Assembly (NCBI GenBank): GCA_963837155.1
Contig: CAWIMB010000002.1
Coordinates: 151,144 to 215,143 of the forward strand
Source of the DNA: an uncultured Actinomycetes bacterium
GTDB lineage: Bacteria; Actinomycetota; Acidimicrobiia; IMCC26256; PALSA-610
Direction of reading: 5' to 3'
Length of the DNA stretch: 64,000 nt
Below are positions 29,043 through 38,462 of the stretch, piece after piece. Below the pieces are notes generated by a model. That model was not told the origin of the DNA. It saw only the letters and a program-made list of their open reading frames with translations, and ran no database searches. The first letter of the stretch is position 1; every line of letters begins with the position of its first letter. The position numbers were made by a program, and so were the translations under genes.

Positions 29043-29127
29043 AGCCAGGGATGGCGCAACGAGGGAGCCATGGAGATCGTGCGGACGCAGTGAAGCCAGG
29101 GATGGCGCAACGAGGGAGCCATGGAGG
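29026..29127 (+). repeat. 2 x 51-nt tandem repeat (family B, MIRU-like) carrying the ligase stop codon
   Basis: TCGTGCGGACGCAGTGAAGCCAGGGATGGCGCAACGAGGGAGCCATGGAG(A/G) occurs twice (50/51 identical). A third, diverged copy is at 62255..62299. Confidence 0.85.
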
Positions 29128-29826
29128 TTGAGTCCATCGGCTGAGCAACCAACGGTCGAGGCCGCGCCCGCGGCAACCGTGGTGTTGTTGCGCGACGGTG
29201 TTGCCGGGCTCGAGGTGTTGCTCGCGCGCCGATCGTCGAACCTTGCGTTTCATGGCGGTGCGTGGGTCTTCCCCGGCGGCCGTATCGACCCCGAGGATTA
29301 TGGCGACTCGCCCGCGGATCTGGAAGCCGCCGCGCGCCGGGCCGCGGTGCGCGAGGCCAAGGAAGAAGCCGGTGTCGACGTGGACGGGTCGACACTCGTC
29401 CACGTCTCGAACTGGACGACGCCGGAGATCTCACCCAAGCGGTTCGCGACGTGGTTCTTCGCCGGGCCGGTCGCGGGCGGTGACGAAGTTGCCGACGGTG
29501 CCGAGACCGAAGCATTGCAATGGTTCGGTGCCGACGAGGCGCTCTCGGCGCGCGCGGCGGGCGAGATCGAGCTTGCGCCGCCCCAGTACGTGACGCTGCT
29601 TGAGCTTCGGCGGCACCGCAGTGTGGACGACGCAATGGAGGCGATGGCCGCGGCGCCAATCGTCGACTACACGCCGCGCTTCCATTTCATCGACGGCGGT
29701 GGTGCGGTGTGCGTGTACACCGACGACGTGGCCTACCACGACCTCGGCCTCCTCGACGCGGAAGGTCCCAGGCATCGCCTCTATCTCCGGGACGACACCT
29801 GGGACTATGTCCGAGACTGTCAGTAA
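29128..29826 (+). CDS. NUDIX hydrolase
   Basis: Nudix box GGRIDPEDYGD...AAVREAKEEAGV in ORF 28846..29826. The start is uncertain (TTG 29128 or GTG 29179). The upstream part of the ORF is read-through of the repeat. Confidence 0.75.
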   Translation: MSPSAEQPTVEAAPAATVVLLRDGVAGLEVLLARRSSNLAFHGGAWVFPGGRIDPEDYGDSPADLEAAARRAAVREAKEEAGVDVDGSTLVHVSNWTTPEISPKRFATWFFAGPVAGGDEVADGAETEALQWFGADEALSARAAGEIELAPPQYVTLLELRRHRSVDDAMEAMAAAPIVDYTPRFHFIDGGGAVCVYTDDVAYHDLGLLDAEGPRHRLYLRDDTWDYVRDCQ

Positions 29827-30483
29827 TCAGCTGGGTTGCGGCACGATGCGAATGTAGGGCTTGGGCGACTTCCAGTCACCGAAGACCTCTTTCGCCTCGT
29901 CGTTGGACACCGAACCGGCGATAATGACGTCCTCACCCTGGTTCCAGTTCACCGGCGTCGCGACGCGGTGCTTGGCGGTGAGCTGGAGTGAGTCGATGAC
30001 CCGCAACACCTCGTCGAAGTTCCGACCGGTGGTCATCGGATAGACGAGGATCAGCTTGATCTTCTTGTCCGGGCCGATCACAAACACGTTGCGAACCGTC
30101 TGGTTGTCGGCGGGCGTGCGCGTCTTGGCGTCACCCGACGTACTGGCCGGCAACATTCCGTAGAGCTTCGACACGTTGAAGTCGGCGTCGCCGATGATCG
30201 GGAAGTTGGGCGCAGTGCCCTGCGTCTCCTCGATGTCACGGGCCCAGGCCTCGTGATCGCCGGTGGCGTCCACGGAGAGGCCGATGACCTTGACACCGCG
30301 GCGGTCGAACTCGGGCTTGATCTTGGCGACGTAGCCGAGCTCGGTGGTGCAGATCGGCGTGAAGTCCTTCGGGTGCGAGAACAAGACGCCCCAGCTGTCG
30401 CCGAGCCAGTTGTGAAAGTTGATCTTGCCCTCAGTGGTCTCGGCCGTGAAATTCGGGGCTTCGTCGCCCAGCTGCAGCGCCAT
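29827..30483 (-). CDS. 1-Cys peroxiredoxin (Prx6-type, AhpC/TSA family)
   Basis: ORF 29827..30483: WGVLFSHPKDFTPICTTELG and the full-length Prx6-like C-terminus. Confidence 0.92.
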   Translation of the reverse strand: MALQLGDEAPNFTAETTEGKINFHNWLGDSWGVLFSHPKDFTPICTTELGYVAKIKPEFDRRGVKVIGLSVDATGDHEAWARDIEETQGTAPNFPIIGDADFNVSKLYGMLPASTSGDAKTRTPADNQTVRNVFVIGPDKKIKLILVYPMTTGRNFDEVLRVIDSLQLTAKHRVATPVNWNQGEDVIIAGSVSNDEAKEVFGDWKSPKPYIRIVPQPS

Positions 30484-30601
30484 CGTGATACCTCTTCTTC
30501 GTCGTGTCGGAAGACGCGCAGGCTAGATCCCGCACGCCGTGAAAAGCGAGTGCGCAAGTCGGGATTCCCAACCGCGTACGCGTCGGTAATGTTCCAGGCC
30601 C

Positions 30602-31891
30602 GTGTCGTCCCCGCCACCCACCCGCCGCCGCGTGCTCGCCGGCCGGGTGCGCCGGCTCGCGGTCGACACGCAACCGCTGCGCACGTCACGCGACTTCCGG
30701 CTGCTGTGGACCGGCGAGATGATCTCGCAGATCGGCAGCCAGGTGACGCTCGTCGCCTTGTTCGTCCAGGTGTACGAGCTCACGCACTCCTCGGCGGCAG
30801 TGGGCCTGATCGGCGTCGTGCAGCTGGCGCCGATGGTGCTGGTGTCGATCGGTTTCGGCCCGCAGATCGACCTCCGGGACCGGCGGTTGCTGCTCATCGC
30901 GGCCCAGCTGGGCCTGATGCTGTCGTCGGTCCTGCTGCTCGCCGGTGCGATCGCGGGCCAGCCCCCGCTCGCACTCGTGTACGGCGCGGCCGCGCTGAAC
31001 GCGGCGTTCGTGTCAATCTCGATGCCGACCCACGCGGCGATGACGCCGAACCTCGTCCCGTCCAACATGTTCGCCCAGGCGGCCGCGCTCAATCAGGTGA
31101 TGTGGAACGGCGCCGGTGTCGTCGGACCCGCGCTCGGCGGCGTCGTCGTCGGACAGTTCGGCCTGCCCTGGGCGTATGGGATCGACGTCGTGACCTACGT
31201 GGTCGCGGTGGGCTTCGCCTTGGCCCTGCGTTCGCAGCGTCCAAAGCGCGACGGTCCCGTCGACGACGACGACCGCGGTTGGGCGGCAGTGCGCAACGGG
31301 CTGCGTTATTTGAAAGGAAAGCGAGTTCTGCAATCAACCTTCACCGTCGACATTGTTGCGATGGTGTTCGGCATGCCGCGCGTGCTGTTCCCGGTGCTCG
31401 CCGACAAGCAATTCCATCGCGGACCTGAGGCGGTGGGCTGGCTGTTCAGCGCCGTTGCGCTCGGAGCCCTGATCGGAGCGCTGAGCTCGGGCTGGGTCGG
31501 CCGCATCCGTCGTCACGGCCTTGCGATCCTGGTCGCGGTGATGGTGTGGGGCGCGGCGATCACTGCGTTCGGCCTGAGCGGTGACCGTCTGTGGCTCGCG
31601 CTCGTGTGTTTGGCGGTCGCAGGAGGTGCCGATGTCATCTCGGCAGTTTTCCGCTCAACGCTGCAGGCGCTCGTCGTTCCTGACGCGCTGCGCGGTCGAC
31701 TGTCGGCCTTCAACATCTTCATCGTCGCCGGCGGACCACGCCTCGGCGACCTCGAGGGTGGGCTCGTCGCGAGCGCGTTCACGCCCACCGTCTCGGTCGT
31801 GTCGGGCGGCTTGTTGTGCCTCGCGGGTGTCGCGGTAATCGCGCTGACCGTTCCACGCTTCGCACGCTGGCATATCGGCGATCCGCCCTGA
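30602..31891 (+). CDS. MFS transporter
   Basis: ORF 30602..31891 (GTG start) has about 12 hydrophobic segments. FRLLWTGEMISQIGSQ is typical of EntS/DHA3-like MFS proteins. Confidence 0.8.
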   Translation: MSSPPPTRRRVLAGRVRRLAVDTQPLRTSRDFRLLWTGEMISQIGSQVTLVALFVQVYELTHSSAAVGLIGVVQLAPMVLVSIGFGPQIDLRDRRLLLIAAQLGLMLSSVLLLAGAIAGQPPLALVYGAAALNAAFVSISMPTHAAMTPNLVPSNMFAQAAALNQVMWNGAGVVGPALGGVVVGQFGLPWAYGIDVVTYVVAVGFALALRSQRPKRDGPVDDDDRGWAAVRNGLRYLKGKRVLQSTFTVDIVAMVFGMPRVLFPVLADKQFHRGPEAVGWLFSAVALGALIGALSSGWVGRIRRHGLAILVAVMVWGAAITAFGLSGDRLWLALVCLAVAGGADVISAVFRSTLQALVVPDALRGRLSAFNIFIVAGGPRLGDLEGGLVASAFTPTVSVVSGGLLCLAGVAVIALTVPRFARWHIGDPP

Positions 31892-31927
31892 TTGACCACG
31901 CGAGCCAAGCGCGATTGACTGCGGTTA

Positions 31928-32356
31928 ATGGCGGGGTATTCGGGGACGCCTCTCGCAAGGAAGCTCGGAATCAAACCCGGCGCGCGTGTTGCCCTTGTGC
32001 GTGCGCCCGACGGCTTCGAAGAGACGCTCGAGCCTTTGCCGGACGGCGTGCGCGTGCGAACGCAAGCGCGCGCAGAGCAGGACGTTGTGTTGTTCTTCGC
32101 GACGCGCGTCGCCGAGCTCGAACGACGCTTCGACGGACTTGCGAACGCGATCGCGCCCAATGGCGGCCTGTGGATCGCGTGGCCCAAGCGAACGGCCAAC
32201 GTTGCCACCGACTTCCGCGAGAGCGTCGTGCGAGAACTGGGCCTCGCGCACGGCCTCGTCGACAACAAGGTCTGCGCGGTCGACGAGGTGTGGTCGGGGC
32301 TTCGGTTCGTCGTCCGGCTCAAGGATCGCCCGAGCCGAAACGGGCGCGCGCGCTGA
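31928..32356 (+). CDS. DUF3052 domain protein
   Basis: ORF 31928..32356: MAGYSGTPLARKLGIKPG...LWIAWPKR...VCAVDEVWSGLRFV. Confidence 0.75.
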   Translation: MAGYSGTPLARKLGIKPGARVALVRAPDGFEETLEPLPDGVRVRTQARAEQDVVLFFATRVAELERRFDGLANAIAPNGGLWIAWPKRTANVATDFRESVVRELGLAHGLVDNKVCAVDEVWSGLRFVVRLKDRPSRNGRAR

Positions 32357-33340
32357 GTCTCTCGTACAGATCGAGCACCAGCGAGGCGTTATCGAGCAGG
32401 GGGCAATCGGGGTGGACCGTGCGCGTGCGTTCCTGTTCGCCGCGTGCCTGCGCATTCTCGAAGAGGCGCGCGAAACGCGACAGCTCGGTAGCGCGCGCGG
32501 CTTCCGGGCGCCCGCGGAGTCGCCCTGTTCCGCGAGCATCCACGCGTGGAGTCCGCGAAACGCTTCGGGTTCGGTCGGCACCGCAAGGGCGTGGTGCGCC
32601 CAGTGCAACGGGTGGCGTCGTCATCGTTGACCAGGAAAGTCCACGCAATCCGAGCCGCGGCGGCCGCCGCATCAGCGCGTACCACTCGCGCCACGCTTCA
32701 CCGATGTCGGCGCGCTCGAACTGTGGTTCCAGCTCCACGGGCGCGACTCGCGACTCGACGGCCGCGAGCGCGCATGCATGGAGAAGCACTGCACACGCGG
32801 ATCCGTCCGAAAACTGCGCAGACAACTCTTCAGCCAGATCGAGCGCGAGCTCGAACGGACCGGCCCTGCAGGCGTCGGATCCAACCGTCAACGCTTCCTG
32901 AAGCGCACCCGCTCGCTCACGTCCGCGATACGTTCGTGTTCAGGCGCCCATCCTCGGGCGCACGCGAGGCTCGTCAAGGCATCCTCGAAGTCGTGCATGC
33001 GCGCCCATGCCGCGGCGTGCAAAGCCCACCGCTGGAGCTGCACGCGCGTCGTCATGACTCCCGGCGGCTCACGCTCGAGATCGGCCCGTGCCGATCTGTG
33101 ATCGCCCATGTTGAGCAACGCGGTGCGACGACACTCTGAGTCTGATGGGCGTTGTGCGGCACGCCGGACTCGGCTCGCCGCCCACGTGAGAGCTGCGTCG
33201 TTGTTACCGACGCCAAGTTGTTGTAGCGCGACAAACACACTTGCAAGAGCTCGCGGATGTATACAACGGTCGTCGAGCGCGGCGTGATCGAGCGCGAACA
33301 CCGGCGCGAGCAGCTCACCTGCCCGCGGCCAGTCGCAGGG
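32319..33340 (-). other. lower-G+C region with fragmented hypothetical coding potential (one decayed gene or two short genes)
   Basis: ORFs 32888..33472 and 32319..32891 abut through TTGA. Protein-like stretches also occur in the two other frames between 32470 and 32690 (HWAHHALAVPTEPEAFRGLHAWMLAEQ; RIAWTFLVNDDDAT). No family recognised. Confidence 0.3.
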
Positions 33341-33377
33341 TCTTCCGCCCCTTTCGTCCGTTTTATACACTAGTGGG

Positions 33378-34494
33378 ATGCGCGGGGGAGGAAAAGGGGC
33401 GATCGGCGACCTGGCGTGGGTCACATCGATCCTGGTGCTGGCGTTGCTGCGTCCCGACCTCGCCGTCGCCAACGTGGTGACGTGGTTTGCGATCGTCGCC
33501 GTCCACGAGTTCGGGCACGCCCTTGCCGGGCGTTGGGTCGGCTACCACGTACAGGCGGTCACGATCGGGATCGGGCCGTCCGCCTCGCACCGCGTCGGAC
33601 AGACGGTCATCCGCATCGGCCTCTTGCCGCTCGGAGGCTTCACCCGTTGCACGCCGGGAGATCGCGAGCCGAGTACCGCGCGGACGATGTTCGTGCTGGC
33701 GGGCGGCGCGTGCGCGCAAGCGGTCCTCGTCGCGGTCACGCTCGCGTGCTGGGCCGGCACCGCCTTTGGCACGCGCCTGCTGATCATCAACGGGCTCGTA
33801 CTCGTCATGAATCTGCTCCCGTACACCACGAAGGGATACGGCGCGCCCCTCGCGACCGACGGACTTCAGCTTCTGCGAGCGTTCCGCGCGCGACGTCGCC
33901 CCGCTGATGGCCGAGTTCCGACGCGCATACCAGGATGGCAACATTCCGCGGGCGTACGGTGCGGTGGTCGAGACAATGAAGCGAGCGCCCATGCAACGCG
34001 CTCAGCTCTCGCTGCCGCTGAGCGCCGTGTTCATCGCGGCTGGCGAAACCGAACGAGCGCTTGCGACGCTGGCGTCCGTCGATCTGCATGCGTACCCCGA
34101 ACTTCGGGTTCCGGTGCTGAACAACCGTGCGTACGCGAAACTACGGTCAGGTGCTCCCGAGTTGGAGCAAGAGGGGTGCAAAGAGGCGCGCGTTGTGTTC
34201 GAACTGGCTCCGGAGGCGGGCTTCGTACGCGGGACGTGGGCGGAGGCGCTCGTCGTGCGCGGTGATCCCGCGGCTGCGCTGGCAATGCTCGACTCCATCG
34301 GTGACGGCGATCAGTCCCGCGCGACCCGCGCGGCGCGGGCGCTGACGCGAGGGCGCGCACTCGTGGCGTTGGGTCGCGAGCACGAAGCAGCGCACGCGTT
34401 TGCCGAGGCCGAAGCCTGGACGCCGCTGCAAGTTGCCGTGATGCGGGAACGAGCTCCCGCTGTGGGTTCAGCTGGCGCGGGTGAGCGGGACTGA
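33378..34494 (+). pseudogene. M50 (site-2 protease family) metalloprotease fused to a TPR-like domain, frameshifted as assembled
   Basis: HEFGH plus TM segments in ORF 33378..34265 up to LQLLRAFRA, then junk. The helical-repeat domain continues as RDVAPLMAEFRRAYQDGN... in ORF 33907..34494. Span is 1117 nt = 3n+1, with the shift in the CGCGCGCG run near 33884-33895. Two separate genes remain possible. Confidence 0.6.
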
Positions 34495-34992
34495 GGCCGC
34501 GTACTCGCCGCCGGCGAACTGCACTGTCGCGTCGGGTGAGACCTTGCGGAGCAGAGCAAGTGCGGCGCGGTTGTCGGGGAGCATTGTCGCGACGAAGCGT
34601 TCGTACCCCCGAGCCTTGGCGACCATTCCGAGCCGGCGCGCCAAGAGCGAGCCGAGGCCACGGTGTTGCCACGCGTCTACGACGGTCAACGCGATCTCAG
34701 CTTCGGTGGCTCCCGGTTTGGCGTCGTAGCGCGCGACGCCGACGATCTCATCGCCGTCGAGTGCCACCAAGGCGTCACGACGAGCGTGGTCCACGTCGGC
34801 GAGCCGGAGCAACGCGGCCTGCGGCGGCCGTGTGATCGGCGAGAAGAACCGGTAGTGCACGCTTCGGGGCGACAACTGCGTGAACAGGCGCTCGAGCCCG
34901 GCCACGTCGGTGATCGCGATCGGCCGCACGGTCAATGTCGTGCCGTCGATGCACATCGTGTCGATCGCCGGGCGAGCCCGTGCGTCGCTCAT
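34468..34992 (-). CDS. GNAT family N-acetyltransferase
   Basis: ATG at 34992 (ATGA overlap) inside ORF 34468..35616: VVDAWQHRGLGSLLARRL. Confidence 0.8.
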   Translation of the reverse strand: MSDARARPAIDTMCIDGTTLTVRPIAITDVAGLERLFTQLSPRSVHYRFFSPITRPPQAALLRLADVDHARRDALVALDGDEIVGVARYDAKPGATEAEIALTVVDAWQHRGLGSLLARRLGMVAKARGYERFVATMLPDNRAALALLRKVSPDATVQFAGGEYAASVPLTRAS

Positions 34993-35510
34993 GACCGATT
35001 CCTCGTGATCATGCACGTCGACGTCGCGTGCGCGTACAGGGTGCCGGCGTCGTCGTAGACACGCGCGTCCGTTGTTGCAACGCGGCCGCCGCTGTACACG
35101 ACGCGACCTTCCGCGTGGATGCGCCCGGTTGCGAGCGTGATCGGGCGCACGTAGTTCGTCTTGAGCTCGAGTGTGGTGAAGTTCGCGTCGGCGTCGAGTG
35201 TCGATGACACCGCGCAGCCCATTGCCGTGTCGACGAGCGTCGCGACGATCCCGCCGTGCATCGTGCCCATCGGGTTTTCGTGCAGTTCGTCTGCGATCAT
35301 CGAGAACACCGTGCGACCGCGCTCCAACTCGTCCAGCGAGAGACCGAGCATCGCGGCCGCGGGCGGAGGCGCGACTTCGCCCCGCTTGATCGCCGCGAGT
35401 CGCTCGTAACCGTCGAGCCCGCGCAACCGGAATCGTCCGCGTGCGGGATCGGTCCAGGTGATCGTCCGGGAACGGGTGCCTTCGGAGAGGGGGGTTTCGA
35501 GAGCCGTCAT
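34989..35510 (-). CDS. PaaI-family hotdog thioesterase
   Basis: ORF 34989..35510: NPMGTMHGGIVATLVDTAMG. Confidence 0.85.
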   Translation of the reverse strand: MTALETPLSEGTRSRTITWTDPARGRFRLRGLDGYERLAAIKRGEVAPPPAAAMLGLSLDELERGRTVFSMIADELHENPMGTMHGGIVATLVDTAMGCAVSSTLDADANFTTLELKTNYVRPITLATGRIHAEGRVVYSGGRVATTDARVYDDAGTLYAHATSTCMITRNRS

Positions 35511-36214
35511 TGCGTCGCCTCCTTGTTGTTGCTCTTGGCGCTCCGCGTCGCGCCGCTAGGCCCCGGCTCGCTGCTCGGCGGGATACCCGCCTCGCGGGCG
35601 CTCGCCTCCTGAACAATGCGGAGTGTTTCGACGTGGGCGACCAGGTGGTCGACCACGTGGTCCATGTGTGCCGGGTCGTCGTACAGGCGAGCCAGCATCA
35701 GCGCGCCCTCCAACGCGGCCGTGATCGTCGACGCGAGCGCGTACGGGTCGATGTCGTCGCGCAGCGTGCCGTCGGCCTTGCCGTCCTTGACGATGCGACC
35801 GACAAGCCGGTGCCACAGCGTCATTGACTGCCGGGCGCGGTCGCGGAGGTCGGGGTGGGTGTCGTCGGCCTCGATCGCGGTGTTCATGATCGGGCAGCCG
35901 CCTTCGATCGCCGGGGTTCGGGCGGACTTGCTGAACGCCCGGATCATGCGGATCAAGCGGTCGATCGCGTCGGTGGCGCCGTCCTGGGAACGGGCGAGGT
36001 GCTCGGTCACGCACGTCATCGCGAAGTCGTAGGCCTCGAGTGCCAGCTGCTCCTTGGAGCCGAAGTGGTTGTAGATCCCGCCCTTTTCGAGGCCGGTGGC
36101 GTCGATGAGGTCACGGAGCGAGGCACCGACATAGCCCTGGCGGTTGAACACCGGCGCGGCCAGCTCGACGATCCGCTGCCGGGTGCGCTCGCCCTTGGTG
36201 CCGGTGCCGACCAC
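35507..36214 (-). CDS. TetR/AcrR family transcriptional regulator
   Basis: ORF 35507..36214: HTH ASLRDLIDATGLEKGGIYNHFGSKEQL. The last ~35 codons are a translation of repeat family C, so the true C-terminus is uncertain. Confidence 0.8.
   Translation of the reverse strand: MVGTGTKGERTRQRIVELAAPVFNRQGYVGASLRDLIDATGLEKGGIYNHFGSKEQLALEAYDFAMTCVTEHLARSQDGATDAIDRLIRMIRAFSKSARTPAIEGGCPIMNTAIEADDTHPDLRDRARQSMTLWHRLVGRIVKDGKADGTLRDDIDPYALASTITAALEGALMLARLYDDPAHMDHVVDHLVAHVETLRIVQEASAREAGIPPSSEPGPSGATRSAKSNNKEATQ
35537..35605 (-). repeat. intergenic-type repeat, family C copy 1 (contains hairpin GGCGGG-ATA-CCCGCC)
   Basis: About 70 nt similar to 40199..40266. The core GCTCGCTGCTCGGC(G/A)GG(A/G)TACC(C/T)GCCTCGC...CGCTCG is shared. 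Confidence 0.65.
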
Positions 36215-36247
36215 GTTCCCGCCTTCCGTCGCTCGCCAGTCGAAAAA

Positions 36248-36261
36248 ACCGACCGGTCGGT
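36248..36261. promoter_or_regulatory. candidate TetR operator ACCGAC-CG-GTCGGT
   Basis: Perfect 14-bp palindrome 34 nt upstream of the TetR start (36214), in the divergent spacer. It has the same half-sites as 38432..38449. Confidence 0.5.
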
Positions 36262-36373
36262 CTGATTATGGGGATCCCGGCAGCAAGTGTCAAGGGAGTT
36301 TCCCTTCGAACCTGCGTCACTCCGCTGGCTGTCGGACGCCTCACTGACGCAGGTTCGGCTTAGGGTCGGGTCG

Positions 36374-37086
36374 ATGTGCGGTCGCTATGTCTCGGTGTCA
36401 TCGCCGACGATCCTCGCCGAGCGGTTCCGCGTGGAAGAGGTGCGCGTCGAGGTCACCGAGCCCAGCTACAACGTGACGCCCCGGGCCGAGGTGCCGGTCG
36501 TCGCGGTCAGCCAGGGTCGGCGGGTGCTGGACGTTGTGCGCTGGGGGCTCGTGCCCTCCTGGGCGAAGGACCTGAAGATCGGTGACCGTCAGATCAACGC
36601 CGCGCCGAGCGAATCCAGACCGCCAACGCGTACAAGCGGGCGTTCGCGAAGCGCCGCTGCATCATCCCCGCCGACGGCTTCTACGAATGGCAGGCGATCG
36701 AATCCGACGCACAGAGGAAGGTCAAGCAACCGTGGTTCTTCCGCCGGCGGGATGGTGAGCCGCTCGCGTTCGCGGGGCTGTGGGAAATCTGGCACGACCG
36801 CGCGCAGGGCGACGACGCGCCGCGCGTTCGCTCGTGCGTCATCATCACGACCGAAGCGAACGCGCTCGTGCAGCCGGTCCACGAACGCATGCCAGTCGTG
36901 TTGCCGGAGTCGGCGTGGGCCGAGTGGCTTGATCGCGACAACCACGACGTCGAGAGGTTGCAACGGTTGTTGGTGCCCGCTCCGGTGGACGACCTCGAGG
37001 CGTGGCCGGTCACCAAGCTCGTGAACAAGCCGGAGAACAATGGCCCCGAGCTCGTCGAGCCCGCGCCGGTAGTGTCGACGTCTTGA
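36374..37086 (+). pseudogene. SOS-response-associated peptidase (SRAP/YedK family), frameshifted as assembled
   Basis: MCGRY...RWGLVPSWAKD...QINA lies in ORF 36287..37024. It then continues as RAERIQTANAYKRAFAKRRCIIPADGFYEW...HERMPVVL in the frame of ORF 36868..37086. Span is 713 nt = 3n+2, so one base is missing near 36599-36606. Confidence 0.85.
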
Positions 37087-37815
37087 TGGAACACAAAGAG
37101 TACGCGCACGCCATCCGGCGCGAGGGACTCGCACTCGCGGCGGCCGCGCGCAGCGGCGGGTGTCGACGCCGACGTGCCGTCGTGTCCCGAGTGGAAGGTC
37201 GCCGATCTCCTCGGCCACGTCGGGCGGATACACCGGTGGGTGACGCGCATCCTTGTCGACCGGTCGACCGACCGCGGGAAGCACTGGTCGGAGGCGGAGC
37301 CACCTCCCGTGGAGCAGCTGCTCGACTGGTATGAGCAAGGGGTTGCGCCGCTCACGGATGCGCTCGTCACCGCCGGACCGGCCGTCGAGCTCTGGTCCTG
37401 GACCCCCGACAAGACCTCGGGATTCTGGGCCCGGCGGCAGGCCAACGAGACGGCGGTGCACCGCTGGGATGCGCAACTGGCGGGCCGTGCGCCCCAGCCC
37501 GTCGTCCGCGATCTCGCCCTCGACGGCATCGACGAGTTCTTCGGGCTCATCCCGTTCTGGCCGTGGGCTGATCGTGTGCGCGGGAACGGTGAGACGCTGC
37601 ATTTCCATTGCACCGACGGCGACGGCGAGTGGCTCGCGCGTCTTCACCGCGACGGGGTGGTCATCACGGCCGAGCACGCGAAAGGCGACGTCGCCGCGCG
37701 CGGCTCGGCCTCGGACTTGTTGCTGTTCCTCTACGGGCGCGTGCCGGCCGAGGACCTCGAGGTGTTCGGCGACGCGTCGCTGCTCGCGCGCTGGCGCGAG
37801 CTCGTCAGTTGGTGA
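37086..37815 (+). pseudogene. maleylpyruvate-isomerase-family mycothiol-dependent enzyme (DinB/MDMPI-like), frameshifted as assembled
   Basis: MEHKEYAHAIRREGLALAAAARS is in the frame of ORF 37002..37334. It continues as VDADVPSCPEWKVADLLGHVGRIHRW in ORF 37174..37815. Span is 730 nt = 3n+1, with the shift near 37152-37162. Confidence 0.75.
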
Positions 37816-38422
37816 CCGCGATCGCGGCGCGGAGCACGTCCAGCACGTGCTCGCGGCGCACGTCGAGTGCTTCGGGTGCTAGCGGATCGGTGTCGAGCAA
37901 GCCGCTCATCAACTGGCCGTCCGACAGGTAGGACAACACCGCTCCGTATCCCGTGAGCAACAGCTGGCGCGCGTCGTAACGTCGCAGCCGGCCTGCGTCC
38001 ATCTCGCGTTCGAGGAACGCGGCGCCGCGTTCGAACAACGGCTTCAGCAAGACGTTCAGCTCTTCGCGCAGGATCGGTCCGCCTTCGAGCGCGGCCCAGC
38101 GAACAAGGCGCACGAAGTCGGGGCGGTCCTCGAAAAACTGGAACGCCGCGCGCAGCATTCGTTCGACCTGAGGCCAGCCCTCGCGTGTTCCTTCGATCGC
38201 CTGCTCGACGAGCGCGGTCCAGCCGGCCAGCGACTCGATCAACACCGCGCGGTAGAGCGCTTCCTTCGACGGGAAGTGATGCAGCACGCTCGGCCGCCGA
38301 ATGCCCACCTCGTCGGCGATCTCGTTCAGGCTCGTGCCCGAGTAGCCATGCTCAGCAAACCGCTGGGAGGCGACTTCGAGGATGAGATCGCGCGTAGTCA
38401 GTGTCGAGCCAGCTGGGAGCAC
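37805..38422 (-). CDS. TetR/AcrR family transcriptional regulator
   Basis: ORF 37805..38422 (GTG start): TSLNEIADEVGIRRPSVLHHFPSKEAL. Confidence 0.85.
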   Translation of the reverse strand: MLPAGSTLTTRDLILEVASQRFAEHGYSGTSLNEIADEVGIRRPSVLHHFPSKEALYRAVLIESLAGWTALVEQAIEGTREGWPQVERMLRAAFQFFEDRPDFVRLVRWAALEGGPILREELNVLLKPLFERGAAFLEREMDAGRLRRYDARQLLLTGYGAVLSYLSDGQLMSGLLDTDPLAPEALDVRREHVLDVLRAAIAVTN

Positions 38423-38431
38423 GACGACAGT

Positions 38432-38449
38432 CTACCGACTGGTCGGTAG
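38432..38449. promoter_or_regulatory. candidate TetR operator CTACCGAC-TG-GTCGGTAG
   Basis: 8+8 bp inverted repeat 10 nt upstream of the TetR start, in the divergent spacer to the desaturase gene. Confidence 0.55.
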
Positions 38450-38462
38450 TACCATTGGTCCC

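Noticed and set aside
29069-29145. Mini-ORFs MEIVRTQ and MEVESIG, and the antisense peptide MAPSLRHPWLHCVRT, as real genes
   Set aside because: At 7-15 codons they are by-products of the duplicated gene end. The two antisense copies differ by 2 synonymous and 2 non-synonymous changes, which is uninformative. They may matter for translational coupling but cannot be called as genes.
36303-36320. LexA/SOS box upstream of the SRAP gene
   Set aside because: Only the TCGAAC half-site is present. The second half reads GTCACT instead of GTTCGA.
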